Shown here piece after piece: positions 19,052-29,148 of a stretch of DNA of 64,000 bases. Source of the stretch: Candidatus Poribacteria bacterium (GTDB lineage Bacteria; Poribacteria; WGA-4E; WGA-3G). The notes under the pieces were generated by a model. It made no database searches and was not told the DNA's origin. It saw only the letters and a list, made by a program, of their open reading frames with translations. Position 1 is the stretch's first letter; each line of letters begins with the position of its first letter. The DNA lies in the NCBI GenBank assembly GCA_965198235.1, contig OZ240248.1, forward strand, positions 4,998,881 to 5,062,880, given 5' to 3'. The position numbers and the translations under genes were made by a program.

Positions 19052-19735
19052 ATGAGAATGGCTATTAGATTCTCAAAGTTAATCGTCTTGAATCTCATCG
19101 TGCTTTTGGGGGTCGCGTTTTCGCTACCAACTTTCGCAGGCACCCAATTGTGGGACTTTGAGGAAAAGCACGATGACTGGAAAGTCGCGAACGGAAATTG
19201 GGAAATCAAGGGCGGTATCTACCAACTCGAAAGAGGCGGTAGAGCCGAACATTCTCTCGTCGGCGAAGAGGACTGGGACGACTACACCGTCGAAGCCAAG
19301 ATCCGGATGGACGAAGGCAATTGGGCAGGCTTAATCTTTCGAGCACAAAGTGAGCATGAGTATTACATCTACTACCTGAACGTTCCGAACAACAAGTCTG
19401 AGCTTTGGCGGCATAACAAAGGGGCGTGGGATTCGCGTGTCGCGATTACCAGTAATATTCCCGCCACTAAAAAAGTGAAGATAGAGAACGAAGAGTGGTA
19501 TGATGTTAAAGTAATCGTTGAAGACGGTATCTTCCAACTGCATATCAACGGTGAACTTCAGAGTGAACAGAAAGACGATGCCTACAAAACCGGCAAGATC
19601 GGTGTGTGGGGATGGGAAACCGCCGCGAGTTTTGATGATGTCACTATTACCGGCGATAATGTCATAGATACCCTTGCCGTTGATGCGAATCACAAGCTCG
19701 CAACAACATGGGGTCGCCTCAAACGGGTCTATTAA
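19052..19735 (+). CDS. Exported DUF1080/LamG-like jelly-roll protein with TTW-type tail
   Basis: Signal peptide. W..W.V..G.W...GIY, FRAQSE..YY.YYLN and FDDVTITG. Tail NHKLATTWGRLKRVY. Confidence 0.75.
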   Translation: MRMAIRFSKLIVLNLIVLLGVAFSLPTFAGTQLWDFEEKHDDWKVANGNWEIKGGIYQLERGGRAEHSLVGEEDWDDYTVEAKIRMDEGNWAGLIFRAQSEHEYYIYYLNVPNNKSELWRHNKGAWDSRVAITSNIPATKKVKIENEEWYDVKVIVEDGIFQLHINGELQSEQKDDAYKTGKIGVWGWETAASFDDVTITGDNVIDTLAVDANHKLATTWGRLKRVY

Positions 19736-19886
19736 TTTTCGGTAAAGTTCAGCCTCAGAAGTTTTCTACACGAAAACCTTGTTGAAGACTTTTGAGGCAA
19801 CCTTAATTTGGGCTTGTAGCCACGCTTAAGCATTTTCAAAGCGGTCTTCGGACAGGTTATCAAATATGGTTAGAAGGAGTGGTTTG

Positions 19887-20555
19887 ATGAAATATCTTTT
19901 TTCAATCGTTGTAAGTTGGTGTTTTCTCGTACTCGTAGCCTCCTTCGCTTTTGCGGGAGAGCAAGTATGGTCATTTGAAGCGGATGCAGACGACTGGGAA
20001 CCTGCTAACGGTTCTTGGAGTATTGAAGATGGCATTTATAAACTCGCCAAAGGCGGTAGAGCCGAGCACTCTCTCGTCGGTGACGCTGAGTGGGAGGACT
20101 ACACTGTTGAGGCGAAGGTTCGGCTTGATGAGGGAAATTGGGCAGGTGTTGTGTTTCGCGCCCAAAGCGAGATGGAATACTATGTTTACTATCTCAATGT
20201 CCCGAATAACAAAACTGAGCTATGGCGACATAAGACAGGGGCATGGGACGCTCGTGACAAGATCGGCGAACTCGCCGGAGCTAACATAACTGTCGCGAAC
20301 GGCGAATGGTTTGACATGCGAATCGTCTTAGAAGGCACTTCGATGAAACTCTGGATTAACGGTGAAGACCAGGGTGAACTTAAGGATGAAACCGGTGCTG
20401 GATACCCCGCCGGGCAAGCCGGTGTCTGGGCGTGGGAAACTGCCGCGAGTTTTGATGATGTCACGGTCTCTGGAGACGCTATCGTCGGTCTTACTCCGGT
20501 GGAGCCGCAGGATAAATTGGCGACGACATGGGGACGTATTAAACAACGTTTTTAG
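19887..20555 (+). CDS. Exported DUF1080/LamG-like jelly-roll protein with TTW-type tail (tandem paralog)
   Basis: Start at the ATG at 19887, after AAGGAG. About 60% identical by eye to the previous gene. Tail QDKLATTWGRIKQRF. Confidence 0.75.
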   Translation: MKYLFSIVVSWCFLVLVASFAFAGEQVWSFEADADDWEPANGSWSIEDGIYKLAKGGRAEHSLVGDAEWEDYTVEAKVRLDEGNWAGVVFRAQSEMEYYVYYLNVPNNKTELWRHKTGAWDARDKIGELAGANITVANGEWFDMRIVLEGTSMKLWINGEDQGELKDETGAGYPAGQAGVWAWETAASFDDVTVSGDAIVGLTPVEPQDKLATTWGRIKQRF

Positions 20556-22442
20556 GTGGTGTTTCCATTTCACCGCTGGGACGGTAGCAAGTGGTACGGA
20601 AACTTTCCTATTACACAGTCGTGTTGGTGGTGCTTGTCATGTGCTACCTTACCTTCTGGCAAGTTCCGAGCGCGTTCTGCCAAGAAAGTAGGTCCTGACG
20701 ACATCACAGCACAGATTCGTGCTTATAAGGCGGAGCTGGCTGTTGATAGTGCTCAGGTTAAAACTCGACTGCAGCTCGCGAAAGTGTATCTCCAAATTGA
20801 GGCTTACACGGGAGCAGTTGACGAGTATCATCGAGTCATAGCATTGATGGAAGCGAAGGCAGTTCCGGGAAGCGAAGAGATTGGGCACAACTCAGATATT
20901 TCCGCCGCCTACTACGGTTTGGGGTTGGCATATACCGGACTCGAAAAATTTGAAGACGCCGTAACTGCATATCAGCGTGCCATTGGGTTCGTTCCCGATT
21001 GGGCATATACACATGCAGCTTTGGCGAGTGCTTACGCGAACATGCACCGTTACGCCGAAGCACTCGACGCTTACAAAGTGGCGAACGCTTTGGACCCGAA
21101 CGATGAGATGATTCATCATCAACTCGGGAATGTCTATAGCAAACGTGGCGAACGTTCAGCAGCGATGCAGCATCAGCAACGTGCGATTGCCATTTCACCG
21201 GAATTCGCGGCTGCGCACTATCAGTTAGGGCTCCTCTACGCACAAGAAAAACGGTGGACTGACGCGATCGCGTCGTATCGGACCGCGTATGCACACGATG
21301 AGACGTTAGTTGAGGCACTCTATAATCTTGCACAGGCATCCCTTCGCGCTGGGAATGCATCGGCAGCGCGTGAGCAGATGGCACTCTTTGAGGAACGAAA
21401 AGCCGCCCTGATACCTCTGCACCAGTTGCGAGGCGCGTTGCAGCGGACGCAAGATACAAGTGAACGCGCCCAGATTCTCACCAACATTGCGAGGCTTTAT
21501 CTCAAAAACGGGTTTTACGAGAAAGCAGTCTGGGAGTACCAAAAAGCACTTGGGATGAACGCACAACTTGCACCTGCTCACAACGGCTTGGGTATCGCTT
21601 ATACGATGCTTGAGAAATACTCGGAAGCCGTTACTGCACAGCAGAAAGCGTTGGCACTCCAACCGAATTTCGCGAAGGCATACGCTGGACTCGGTTTAGT
21701 ATATTTCAGGCAGAATAAGGCAGAATCCGCACTGGAACATTACCGACACGCAGTCGCTTTGGAGCCCCAATTTTTGGAGGCGAATCTGAAGATTGGAATA
21801 ATTCTGCTGAATCAGAAGCGTTATGCGGAGGCAATTGATACGTATCTGGCAATCCTTGAAATTAAGCCCGACGATCCTGAGATATACCACAACTTGGGAT
21901 TATGCTATGCGCATCAGGCGAAAGCTGCACGTGACACGCGCCGATCTCCTGAAGATTTGACGGTTTCTGCATTGGAGGCACTTGAAAAGGCGGTTGCGCT
22001 TTCGTTATCTGACACCGATAATTCAAACGAGGCGGAGCAATTACCTATTCAGCCCCCGTTTTTGACGGAGACCTACTATCTCATCGGTGAACTTCAAGCG
22101 AGTCAAGGGGATTTTGATGCGGCGGAGACAGCTTACCTAACGTCCGGCTTGCCGAAGGCGTATCATGCCCTTGCACAGTTAAGGGCAAAGTTTGCAAAGA
22201 AAAATAAAGAAAACGGCAAACGTGGTGTGGATTTAGAAACCGCTCGGCGTTATGTTCAGGAAGCTATCCGCTTGGATCCGAACGTCGCGAGTTATTACAA
22301 TACGCTCGCCCTCATTGATTTTCGGCGCGGCGATCATTCACAGGCAGAGAAAGCGATCCGAAAAGCGTTGGAACTTGAACCGGAAAATCGAAACTATCAA
22401 CAGGGGTTAAAACAGATTTCTGGTAAATTAATGGCTGATTAA
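20556..22442 (+). CDS. Tetratricopeptide-repeat protein (true start uncertain)
   Basis: Repeated A..Y..LG..Y...g....A...Y..Al.l.P 34-aa units run throughout. The GTG at 20556 directly abuts the previous stop, and the first 40 codons or so look non-coding. Confidence 0.7.
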   Translation: MVFPFHRWDGSKWYGNFPITQSCWWCLSCATLPSGKFRARSAKKVGPDDITAQIRAYKAELAVDSAQVKTRLQLAKVYLQIEAYTGAVDEYHRVIALMEAKAVPGSEEIGHNSDISAAYYGLGLAYTGLEKFEDAVTAYQRAIGFVPDWAYTHAALASAYANMHRYAEALDAYKVANALDPNDEMIHHQLGNVYSKRGERSAAMQHQQRAIAISPEFAAAHYQLGLLYAQEKRWTDAIASYRTAYAHDETLVEALYNLAQASLRAGNASAAREQMALFEERKAALIPLHQLRGALQRTQDTSERAQILTNIARLYLKNGFYEKAVWEYQKALGMNAQLAPAHNGLGIAYTMLEKYSEAVTAQQKALALQPNFAKAYAGLGLVYFRQNKAESALEHYRHAVALEPQFLEANLKIGIILLNQKRYAEAIDTYLAILEIKPDDPEIYHNLGLCYAHQAKAARDTRRSPEDLTVSALEALEKAVALSLSDTDNSNEAEQLPIQPPFLTETYYLIGELQASQGDFDAAETAYLTSGLPKAYHALAQLRAKFAKKNKENGKRGVDLETARRYVQEAIRLDPNVASYYNTLALIDFRRGDHSQAEKAIRKALELEPENRNYQQGLKQISGKLMAD

Positions 22443-22527
22443 ACACACGACGTAGAGTGAAATTGACAGATTTTCTTGGTTACGAAAAAGCGCACTTATC
22501 TGAAAGTAGAAGATAGAAAGGATTCGC

Positions 22528-23973
22528 ATGGCATACGACAGTCTCGCAGAGTTTGTCAAAACCTTGGATCGAGCAGGCGAACTCAAACGGATTAAAACAA
22601 TTGTATCACCGGACTTGGAAATCGCTGAAATCACCGACCGGGTGAGTAAAGCAGAGGGTCCCGCGCTTCTCTTTGAAAAGGTTGAAGGCAGTCGAATGCC
22701 GCTCCTGATTAATACTTACGGCTCTTATCAGCGAATGGCGATGGCACTCGGTGTCGATGATCTCGGGCAGATTGCGGCGGAAATTGAGGGTATGATTAAA
22801 TTGGGACCGCCGGATTCCCTTCTCGATAAAATAAAAATTCTCCGACTGCTATCGCAATTGACGAACTTCCCTCCCAAGACGGTGAAAAAAGGCGCGTGTC
22901 AAGAGGTCGTCCTTACCGGTGAGGAGGCATCCTTAGATATATTGCCGCTCATTAAATGCTGGCCCCTTGACGCAGATAAATACATCACCTTACCCCAGGT
23001 TTTCACGCATAGCCTTAAAACGGGTCAACGTAACGTTGGTACATATCGTTTACAGAAAATAACGCCGCACGCTTTAGCGATGCATTGGCAAATTCACCAC
23101 GATGGTGCCGCACATCATCGTGAATATCGGCAAGCGGTGCAACAGATGCCCGTCGCAATCGCACTCGGCGGAGATCCAGTGATGTCTTATATCGGCACAG
23201 CACCTCTTCCATCTGGGATTGATGAACTCCTATTCGCGGGGTTTCTCCGAAAATCGAATGTGCAGATGGTGCCTGCCAAGACGATTGATATGCTCGTGCC
23301 TGCAGATGCGGACATCGTGATTGAAGGGTACATTGAGCCAAATGAAACCTGTATAGAAGGACCCTTCGGCGACCATACGGGATTTTATTCCTTGGCAGAT
23401 GAGTACCCGCTCCTTCACATCACGGCGATTACGCACCGTAAAAATCCCATCTATCAGACGATCATCGTCGGTAAACCGCCGATGGAGGATTGCTACATGG
23501 GTAAGGCGACTGAGCGGATCTTCATGCCGTTGATTAAAACGCAGCTGCCAGAACTCGTCGATATGAATCTACCTTTGTTTGGTGTATTTCACAATTTTGC
23601 CCTGATTTCTATTGACAAACGCTACCCGTACCAGGCAAAGAAGATTATGCACAGCTTGTGGGGGCTTGGGCAGTTAATGTTTAGCAAAATTATCATCGTT
23701 GTTGATAAAGAGGTTAACGTTCAGAATGTCGAAGAGGTGCTTTTTTATGTCGGCAGCAATGTCGATCCAAAAAGGGATGTGACGATTGTCGAGGGACCTG
23801 TCGATGTGCTGGATCACGCCGCACCACTTATGGGTGCGGGATCGAAGATGGGCATTGATGCAACAACGAAATGGGCGGAGGAAGGGTATCAACGCGAGTG
23901 GCCTCAGGAGATACTAATGTCTGACGAGGTGATTGCGTTGGTCGATGAAAAGTGGAAAAAATACGGTTTTTAA
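22528..23973 (+). CDS. UbiD-family (prenyl-FMN-dependent) decarboxylase, menaquinone/futalosine-associated type
   Basis: 481 aa. LRDFI-type N-terminus (LAEFVKTLDRAGELKRI), GTYR.Q and GDHTGFY motifs. Confidence 0.85.
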   Translation: MAYDSLAEFVKTLDRAGELKRIKTIVSPDLEIAEITDRVSKAEGPALLFEKVEGSRMPLLINTYGSYQRMAMALGVDDLGQIAAEIEGMIKLGPPDSLLDKIKILRLLSQLTNFPPKTVKKGACQEVVLTGEEASLDILPLIKCWPLDADKYITLPQVFTHSLKTGQRNVGTYRLQKITPHALAMHWQIHHDGAAHHREYRQAVQQMPVAIALGGDPVMSYIGTAPLPSGIDELLFAGFLRKSNVQMVPAKTIDMLVPADADIVIEGYIEPNETCIEGPFGDHTGFYSLADEYPLLHITAITHRKNPIYQTIIVGKPPMEDCYMGKATERIFMPLIKTQLPELVDMNLPLFGVFHNFALISIDKRYPYQAKKIMHSLWGLGQLMFSKIIIVVDKEVNVQNVEEVLFYVGSNVDPKRDVTIVEGPVDVLDHAAPLMGAGSKMGIDATTKWAEEGYQREWPQEILMSDEVIALVDEKWKKYGF

Positions 23974-23993
23974 TTTATTGCTTCTGGGCCGCT

Positions 23994-24024
23994 CTCCATT
24001 ACATTACGAGCGGGTTTCTGGTTA
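23994..24024 (+). repeat. MITE-like family, left-end fragment
   Basis: CTCCATTACATTACGAGCGGGTTTCTGGTTA matches the left end of the element at 57890. Confidence 0.45.
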
Positions 24025-24177
24025 AATCTATACTGGATTTGGGAATTTTGACGTTCCTTCGAGAAAACATGAAACCCTTAGCCTGCAACAACGGCGCGGG
24101 CGGATTTGAGAAACATGCGCAATGGACATAACGATCATTGTTTAACCGCAAGGAAAATTAAAAAAAGGAGTAAAGCC

Positions 24178-25248
24178 ATGGGAGAAACGATTTACGATGT
24201 TGCGGTGATTGGCGCGGGACCCGCTGGCGCGCAAGCGGCGGTTTCAGCGAGCCATCAAATGCGGCATGTTTTGGTGCTGCACTCAGGAAAGGTAAGTTTT
24301 AGTCGGGGTCGCGCTTACTGGTCAAAGTCCGTAGAGATTGAAGATGCTCCGGTCTTTCCCGGTATTATTGGACCTCACTTTGCGAAGGAACTCATGAAAT
24401 GGATGGAGAGCCGACCTGTCCTCGATTTCATGCTGGGTTCGGAGAAACGCAAGACTGGTATTGATATACGCGATGGAATGGTCACGAAACTCACACGGAA
24501 CGGCGACCTATTTGAAGTCGAAGCATCCGCAAAAACGCTGAAACAAAATACACCTCCGGAGATGGCATCTTTTAAATCTCGCACCGTCGTTGTTGCCGCT
24601 GGATTTGATGATAAGTGGCCCGATATTGAGTTTGAACCGGATGCTGAGCGTTTATATAAACAGTATGTTACGGTATTTCGCTATGCAGGCAACCGAAAAG
24701 GGTGGCACGTCTGTATCCGTTGTGATGGACATCTGCATGTCAACGAGCATCTTGCGCTCCTCGGTGTTGGGGACTACATCTACGAGGCAGCGATTGGGGC
24801 ACAGGATTTTACAGATAAAATTACAATTCTAACAAACGGCAGACCGCATGGTATGTCACCACCTGTGTTGGAGCAGGTAAAGGCACGTAAAATTAATATC
24901 ATTGAAACAAAGATTAAACGGCATATTGGTGAAAAAACGAATCTCTTGGGATTTGAGATGGTTGATGGGAGCGAATTGTTTTTCCACGGTTTCCTCGTTG
25001 ATGAAGGACTCATCCCGAACACAAAGTTTCTCGAGGGGTGGGATTATCAGAGAGATGAGGAAGGCTTAATTGTCGCAAACGAGGATATGCAGATGTTGGA
25101 TAGCAATGGGGAGCCGATTCCTGGACTCTTTGCCGCAGGCGACATCATATCTGGCGAGCGAAACTTGATCGCGACTGCGTTCGCACTCGGACAGGAGGCG
25201 GGCTTGTCAGCATCAGACTCCTTGCGTCAATGGAATTTCCCAGATTAG
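24178..25248 (+). CDS. FAD-dependent pyridine-nucleotide-disulfide oxidoreductase (thioredoxin-reductase-like, CxxC = CIRC)
   Basis: Start at the ATG at 24178, after AAAGGAG. DVAVIGAGPAGAQAA dinucleotide-binding motif, CIRCDGH, and GLFAAGD at the C-terminus. Confidence 0.75.
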   Translation: MGETIYDVAVIGAGPAGAQAAVSASHQMRHVLVLHSGKVSFSRGRAYWSKSVEIEDAPVFPGIIGPHFAKELMKWMESRPVLDFMLGSEKRKTGIDIRDGMVTKLTRNGDLFEVEASAKTLKQNTPPEMASFKSRTVVVAAGFDDKWPDIEFEPDAERLYKQYVTVFRYAGNRKGWHVCIRCDGHLHVNEHLALLGVGDYIYEAAIGAQDFTDKITILTNGRPHGMSPPVLEQVKARKINIIETKIKRHIGEKTNLLGFEMVDGSELFFHGFLVDEGLIPNTKFLEGWDYQRDEEGLIVANEDMQMLDSNGEPIPGLFAAGDIISGERNLIATAFALGQEAGLSASDSLRQWNFPD

Positions 25249-25266
25249 GAGGCAGGCACAGGAATA

Positions 25267-28146
25267 ATGCAAAACGAGCAAAAAGATACTGTCTATATTA
25301 TTGATACGCACGCCGAAATATTTCGGGCGTATTACGCGATTCGTAGCGGATTGACGAGCAGCATCACCGGCGAGGCGACACATGCTGTGTTCGGGTTCGC
25401 TGGCACGCTTATTAGGATCTTGACGCAACTTCAGGCAAAATATATTGTCGCTGCGATTGATACACCGGGTAACACGTTTCGCAATGAACTTTATTCGGAA
25501 TACAAGGCGAATCGCTCTCCAGCACCTGATGATCTGGTGACACAGATTCATCGCATTCTGGAGCTGCTTGAGGCATTTGGTATCTTGACGCTCGGTAGAC
25601 CTGAATTGGAAGCGGATGACATCATCGCCTCTGTCACTCAGGCAATACTTGACGATCCGCAGGCATCTGATGTTGATGTCTCTATTATTTCTAAAGACAA
25701 AGACCTTGAACAGTTGCTCGGCGATCGGGTCACAATGCTTGATCTCCATAATGATAAGATTATCGATGTTCGGTCGCTGTGGGAAACGAAAGGCATAAAA
25801 CCTTCCCAGGTTGTTGATACCCTCGCCTTGATGGGAGATACTTCGGACAATGTACCGGGTGTTGAGAAAATCGGCTTGAAAACAGCGGCACAATTGATTC
25901 AGCAGTACGGTTCCGTTGAGGGTATTTTTCAGAACATCAATGAAATTAAAGGGAAGCGTCGCGAAAATTTGGAGAAGGCGCGTTCACAACTCGACCTTTC
26001 ACGAGAACTTGTAACCTTGAAGCGATATGCGGCTTTGGACTTCTCCATAGAGCAAGCACGGGTCAAACCACTTGATCTCCAGAAGATCCTCCCACTGTTC
26101 CAACAGTTAGAACTCAAGCGTTATGAGCAAGTTGTGACGGAGCTTGCGGGTGGAAAGTCTGCGTCCGCTGCTGCGCCTACGCCTGCAACGCGCAAGGAAC
26201 GGGTTGCGGAGTTAGCACAGAAAACGGATGCCATTTTGGACAAAGGCGACTACGGGACCGCTGAAACAGGGGACTATTCGGCGATCGTTACCCTCGACCA
26301 ACTGAAAGATCTCGTTGACACCCTATCCGCACAGGAGATTATTAGTTTTGATACTGAAACGGATGGCTTGGAACGTGAGGCGATGCTGTGTGGGTTAAGT
26401 TTCTCATGGAAACCGAAGCACGGCGTTTACGTGCCGGTTCGCTCGCCTCAACCTGAAGATCATTTAGATACCGATACCGTGCTTTCGGCACTTAAGCCGA
26501 TTTTGGAGAACCCCGCGCTATCAAAATGTGGGCATAATCTGAAGTTTGATGCCGGCATTCTTATCAGGAACGGTGTTAAACTCCAAGGGGCTGTTTTCGA
26601 TACGCTGCTCGCAAGTCAGTTAGTTGACGCGCGGACACCCTCCCACAACCTTGATACGTTGGCGTTGCTCCATTTAGAGCACAAGATGATCTCTTTTGAG
26701 GAACTAACAGCAGATCCGGGCGATGCGACGTCTGCTGACGAAGTGACGAATTTAGGTGGACTGTTTGAGGTGGAGGCAGGACAGCAGAAAACAATTGATG
26801 AAGTGCCATTGGAACAAGCCGCAATTTACGCCGCAGAGGATGCTGACATTACCCTCCGACTCTATTATTTCCTTACGCCAAAACTTGATGGGATGGGCAT
26901 CACGGCATTAGCGCGTGATATAGAGTCACCGCTCGCACCTATTCTCGCTGAAATGGAATATAACGGTATCGTTTGCGATAAGGAGGAACTCAGACGCCAA
27001 AGCAGTGTGATTAGCGAACTCGTTGATGCCCGGCAAAAGGAGATTCACGGAATCGTCGGATATCCGTGTAATATTGATTCACCGAGACAACTCGCGCAAG
27101 TGCTGTTTGATGAACTCGGTTTCAAACCCGTGAAACGGACGCGAGGCGGCAAGATTTCCACAGATGTGACTGTGTTAGAGGCACTCTCTCTGAGAGAGGA
27201 TATCAACGATCCGAAGACCAGCGTTCCACGTTTAATAATTGAGTACCGCCAATTCCGTAAGTTACAGAGTACTTATCTCGCTCAACTCCAGAATGCTGTT
27301 GACCCAAAAACAGAGCGTATCCACACACATCTTTATCAGTTAACAACAGCCACAGGGCGTTTGAAGTCCGACCACCCCAATCTACAGAACATTCCTGTCC
27401 GAACCGAGATTGGAAGGCAATTGCGACGTGCGTTCAAAGCACCCGATGGGCATCAGTTAATCTGTGCAGATTATTCACAGATTGAGCTTCGCATTCTCGC
27501 ACACTTTAGCGAAGATGAAAGTTTAATCGAGACATTCACCCAAGATTTGGATATCCATACAGCAGTTGCTTCGCAAGTGTTTGAGGTCCCGGCTGCCTCG
27601 GTTACGCGTGAACTTCGTGATAAGGCGAAAACTATCAATTTTGGTATCATTTACGGGGTTTCGCCAACAGGTCTCTCACGTCGGATTAAAGGGATGCGTG
27701 TAAAGGAAGCGGCTGCGCTTATTGATGATTATAAAACGCGTTTTCCGGGGATAGATCGGTTTCTGCAGCAGTGTGTCCAGCAGGCATCGGATCACGGGTA
27801 TGTTAGCACGCTCACCGGCAGGCGACGAGCAATTCCTGAAATCTATGCCACTAACCGTAGTCGGCGAAGCCTTGGCGAACGGTTGGCAATCAATACGGTA
27901 GTGCAAGGTTCTGCTGCAGATTTAATGAAGGCGGCGATGGTCCAGGTGCAGCGTCGTATTGATAAGGATAGACTTCCCTTGAAAATGCTTCTACAGATTC
28001 ATGATGAGTTAGTGCTTGAAACGCCAGAGGCACTCGCGGCGGCGCATGCCGCAATCGTCTGTGAAGAGATGGAGAATGCGATGTCGCTTCGGGTACCGCT
28101 TCGGACAGCAGCAGGAATCGGAGATAATTGGATGATCGCGAAGTGA
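25267..28146 (+). CDS. polA: DNA polymerase I
   Basis: 959 aa. 5'-nuclease domain, 3'-5' exonuclease region (FDTETDGL) and polymerase motifs (DYSQIELR, QGSAADL, QIHDELV). Confidence 0.95.
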   Translation: MQNEQKDTVYIIDTHAEIFRAYYAIRSGLTSSITGEATHAVFGFAGTLIRILTQLQAKYIVAAIDTPGNTFRNELYSEYKANRSPAPDDLVTQIHRILELLEAFGILTLGRPELEADDIIASVTQAILDDPQASDVDVSIISKDKDLEQLLGDRVTMLDLHNDKIIDVRSLWETKGIKPSQVVDTLALMGDTSDNVPGVEKIGLKTAAQLIQQYGSVEGIFQNINEIKGKRRENLEKARSQLDLSRELVTLKRYAALDFSIEQARVKPLDLQKILPLFQQLELKRYEQVVTELAGGKSASAAAPTPATRKERVAELAQKTDAILDKGDYGTAETGDYSAIVTLDQLKDLVDTLSAQEIISFDTETDGLEREAMLCGLSFSWKPKHGVYVPVRSPQPEDHLDTDTVLSALKPILENPALSKCGHNLKFDAGILIRNGVKLQGAVFDTLLASQLVDARTPSHNLDTLALLHLEHKMISFEELTADPGDATSADEVTNLGGLFEVEAGQQKTIDEVPLEQAAIYAAEDADITLRLYYFLTPKLDGMGITALARDIESPLAPILAEMEYNGIVCDKEELRRQSSVISELVDARQKEIHGIVGYPCNIDSPRQLAQVLFDELGFKPVKRTRGGKISTDVTVLEALSLREDINDPKTSVPRLIIEYRQFRKLQSTYLAQLQNAVDPKTERIHTHLYQLTTATGRLKSDHPNLQNIPVRTEIGRQLRRAFKAPDGHQLICADYSQIELRILAHFSEDESLIETFTQDLDIHTAVASQVFEVPAASVTRELRDKAKTINFGIIYGVSPTGLSRRIKGMRVKEAAALIDDYKTRFPGIDRFLQQCVQQASDHGYVSTLTGRRRAIPEIYATNRSRRSLGERLAINTVVQGSAADLMKAAMVQVQRRIDKDRLPLKMLLQIHDELVLETPEALAAAHAAIVCEEMENAMSLRVPLRTAAGIGDNWMIAK

Positions 28147-28150
28147 TAGT

Positions 28151-28176
28151 CCCCCGAATGAATTCAGGGGTTTTGT
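28151..28176 (+). terminator. Intrinsic terminator after polA
   Basis: CCCCGAAT-GA-ATTC(A)GGGG stem-loop followed by TTTTG, 5 nt after the polA stop. Confidence 0.55.
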
Positions 28177-28217
28177 ATCAGAAAAGCAATAAAATTATTC
28201 AACAGATAAAATTAATA

Positions 28218-28246
28218 TTGACAAGTGATATAAAATGTGATATAAT
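28218..28246 (+). promoter_or_regulatory. Perfect-consensus sigma-70 promoter (TTGACA-17-TATAAT)
   Basis: -35 at 28218-28223, a 17-nt spacer, and -10 at 28241-28246. About 365 nt upstream of the RRM-protein ATG. Confidence 0.5.
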
Positions 28247-28610
28247 TTAGTGTAAATTTGTTTAAGGGAAATGTGGATAGTGTCCGCTGGCAAAGTTACG
28301 AGTAGTGTTTTGACAGTGTTACGGTTTGGAACCGAAACATGCTCATTGTAAGTGTGACAAGGCTTCCAACAAGAGATTGATGAGAGTTAATTTTTGCCAA
28401 TCTTTGCATTATGGGCATTGCGTGCAATGTCCGGCTACGCTTGCTGCCAAATTTCTGCCTTTGAAAATGCTGACAGTGCTCAGTTTTCTCATTTTCCCGT
28501 ATTTCTATTCCCTATTCTGGTTTTTTGAGAGAGATCGGTTCGCGTGAATGTATCGGTTGTCTTCGTGATGCTGGGTTAGGGTACATATAATTTCTAAAAG
28601 GAGAAACGAG

Positions 28611-28901
28611 ATGAATATCTACGTTGGCAACGTGCCTTATGCGGCCACGGAAACCGACCTCGAAGAGCTCTTCGGTGAGTATGGTCCGGTTGCTACTGCT
28701 ACGATTATCCGTGACCGGTACGATGGTCGCTCCAAAGGGTTTGGCTTCGTTGAGATGGAAAACCAAGAGGATGGCGAGCGAGCGATAGAAGCGTTGGATG
28801 GCCAAGAGATGATGGGACGTCCGTTGAAAGTCAACCCCGCACGCCCTCGCGAGCAACGCCGCGAGCCCCGTCGGTATGACGACGCGGACAGGAATATGTA
28901 G
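28611..28901 (+). CDS. RRM-type RNA-binding protein
   Basis: MNIYVGNVPY (RNP2), KGFGFVEM (RNP1) and an Arg-rich tail. Preceded by AAGGAG. Confidence 0.9.
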   Translation: MNIYVGNVPYAATETDLEELFGEYGPVATATIIRDRYDGRSKGFGFVEMENQEDGERAIEALDGQEMMGRPLKVNPARPREQRREPRRYDDADRNM

Positions 28902-29148
28902 TCTGTTTCGTAACAATTTCAATGCAGCTCCGATTGTATAAACAGTTGGAGTTGGATTGGGAAAGTGTCGCGATGGGATGGAAACTATTATTTTGCGTCC
29001 TGCCGCGCTGATAAATTTTGCCCCGGTTTTGGATTTGTTTTCTCTAAACGAGTCTTGAACCGGGGTTTATCCGTTTAATATTGACATAGGACGGGTTGGG
29101 ATACAGCGATGAGTGCCGCTCCGTCAGCCCGTCCTGCGCTAAAATTGC

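Noticed and set aside
19796-19826. A GGCAACC box upstream of the second DUF1080 gene as a sixth ECF-type promoter.
   Set aside because: The downstream element is CGCT rather than CGTC, at a 21-nt spacing instead of 18. The conserved flanks (GAATTA.., ..ACTATATAT) are absent.
20836-21459. 207-aa minus-strand ORF, with other ORFs nested in 20556-22442.
   Set aside because: It is antisense to the TPR protein gene, whose 34-aa repeat periodicity clearly marks the true frame.
25213-25893. 226-aa minus-strand ORF.
   Set aside because: It is antisense to the 5' nuclease domain of polA. It has no RBS and a low-complexity Arg/Ile/Cys-rich translation.
28326-28547. 73-aa ORF between the consensus promoter and the RRM gene.
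   Set aside because: It has a TTG start without an RBS and a Cys/Phe/Leu-rich translation. The region is more plausibly an untranslated leader or sRNA.
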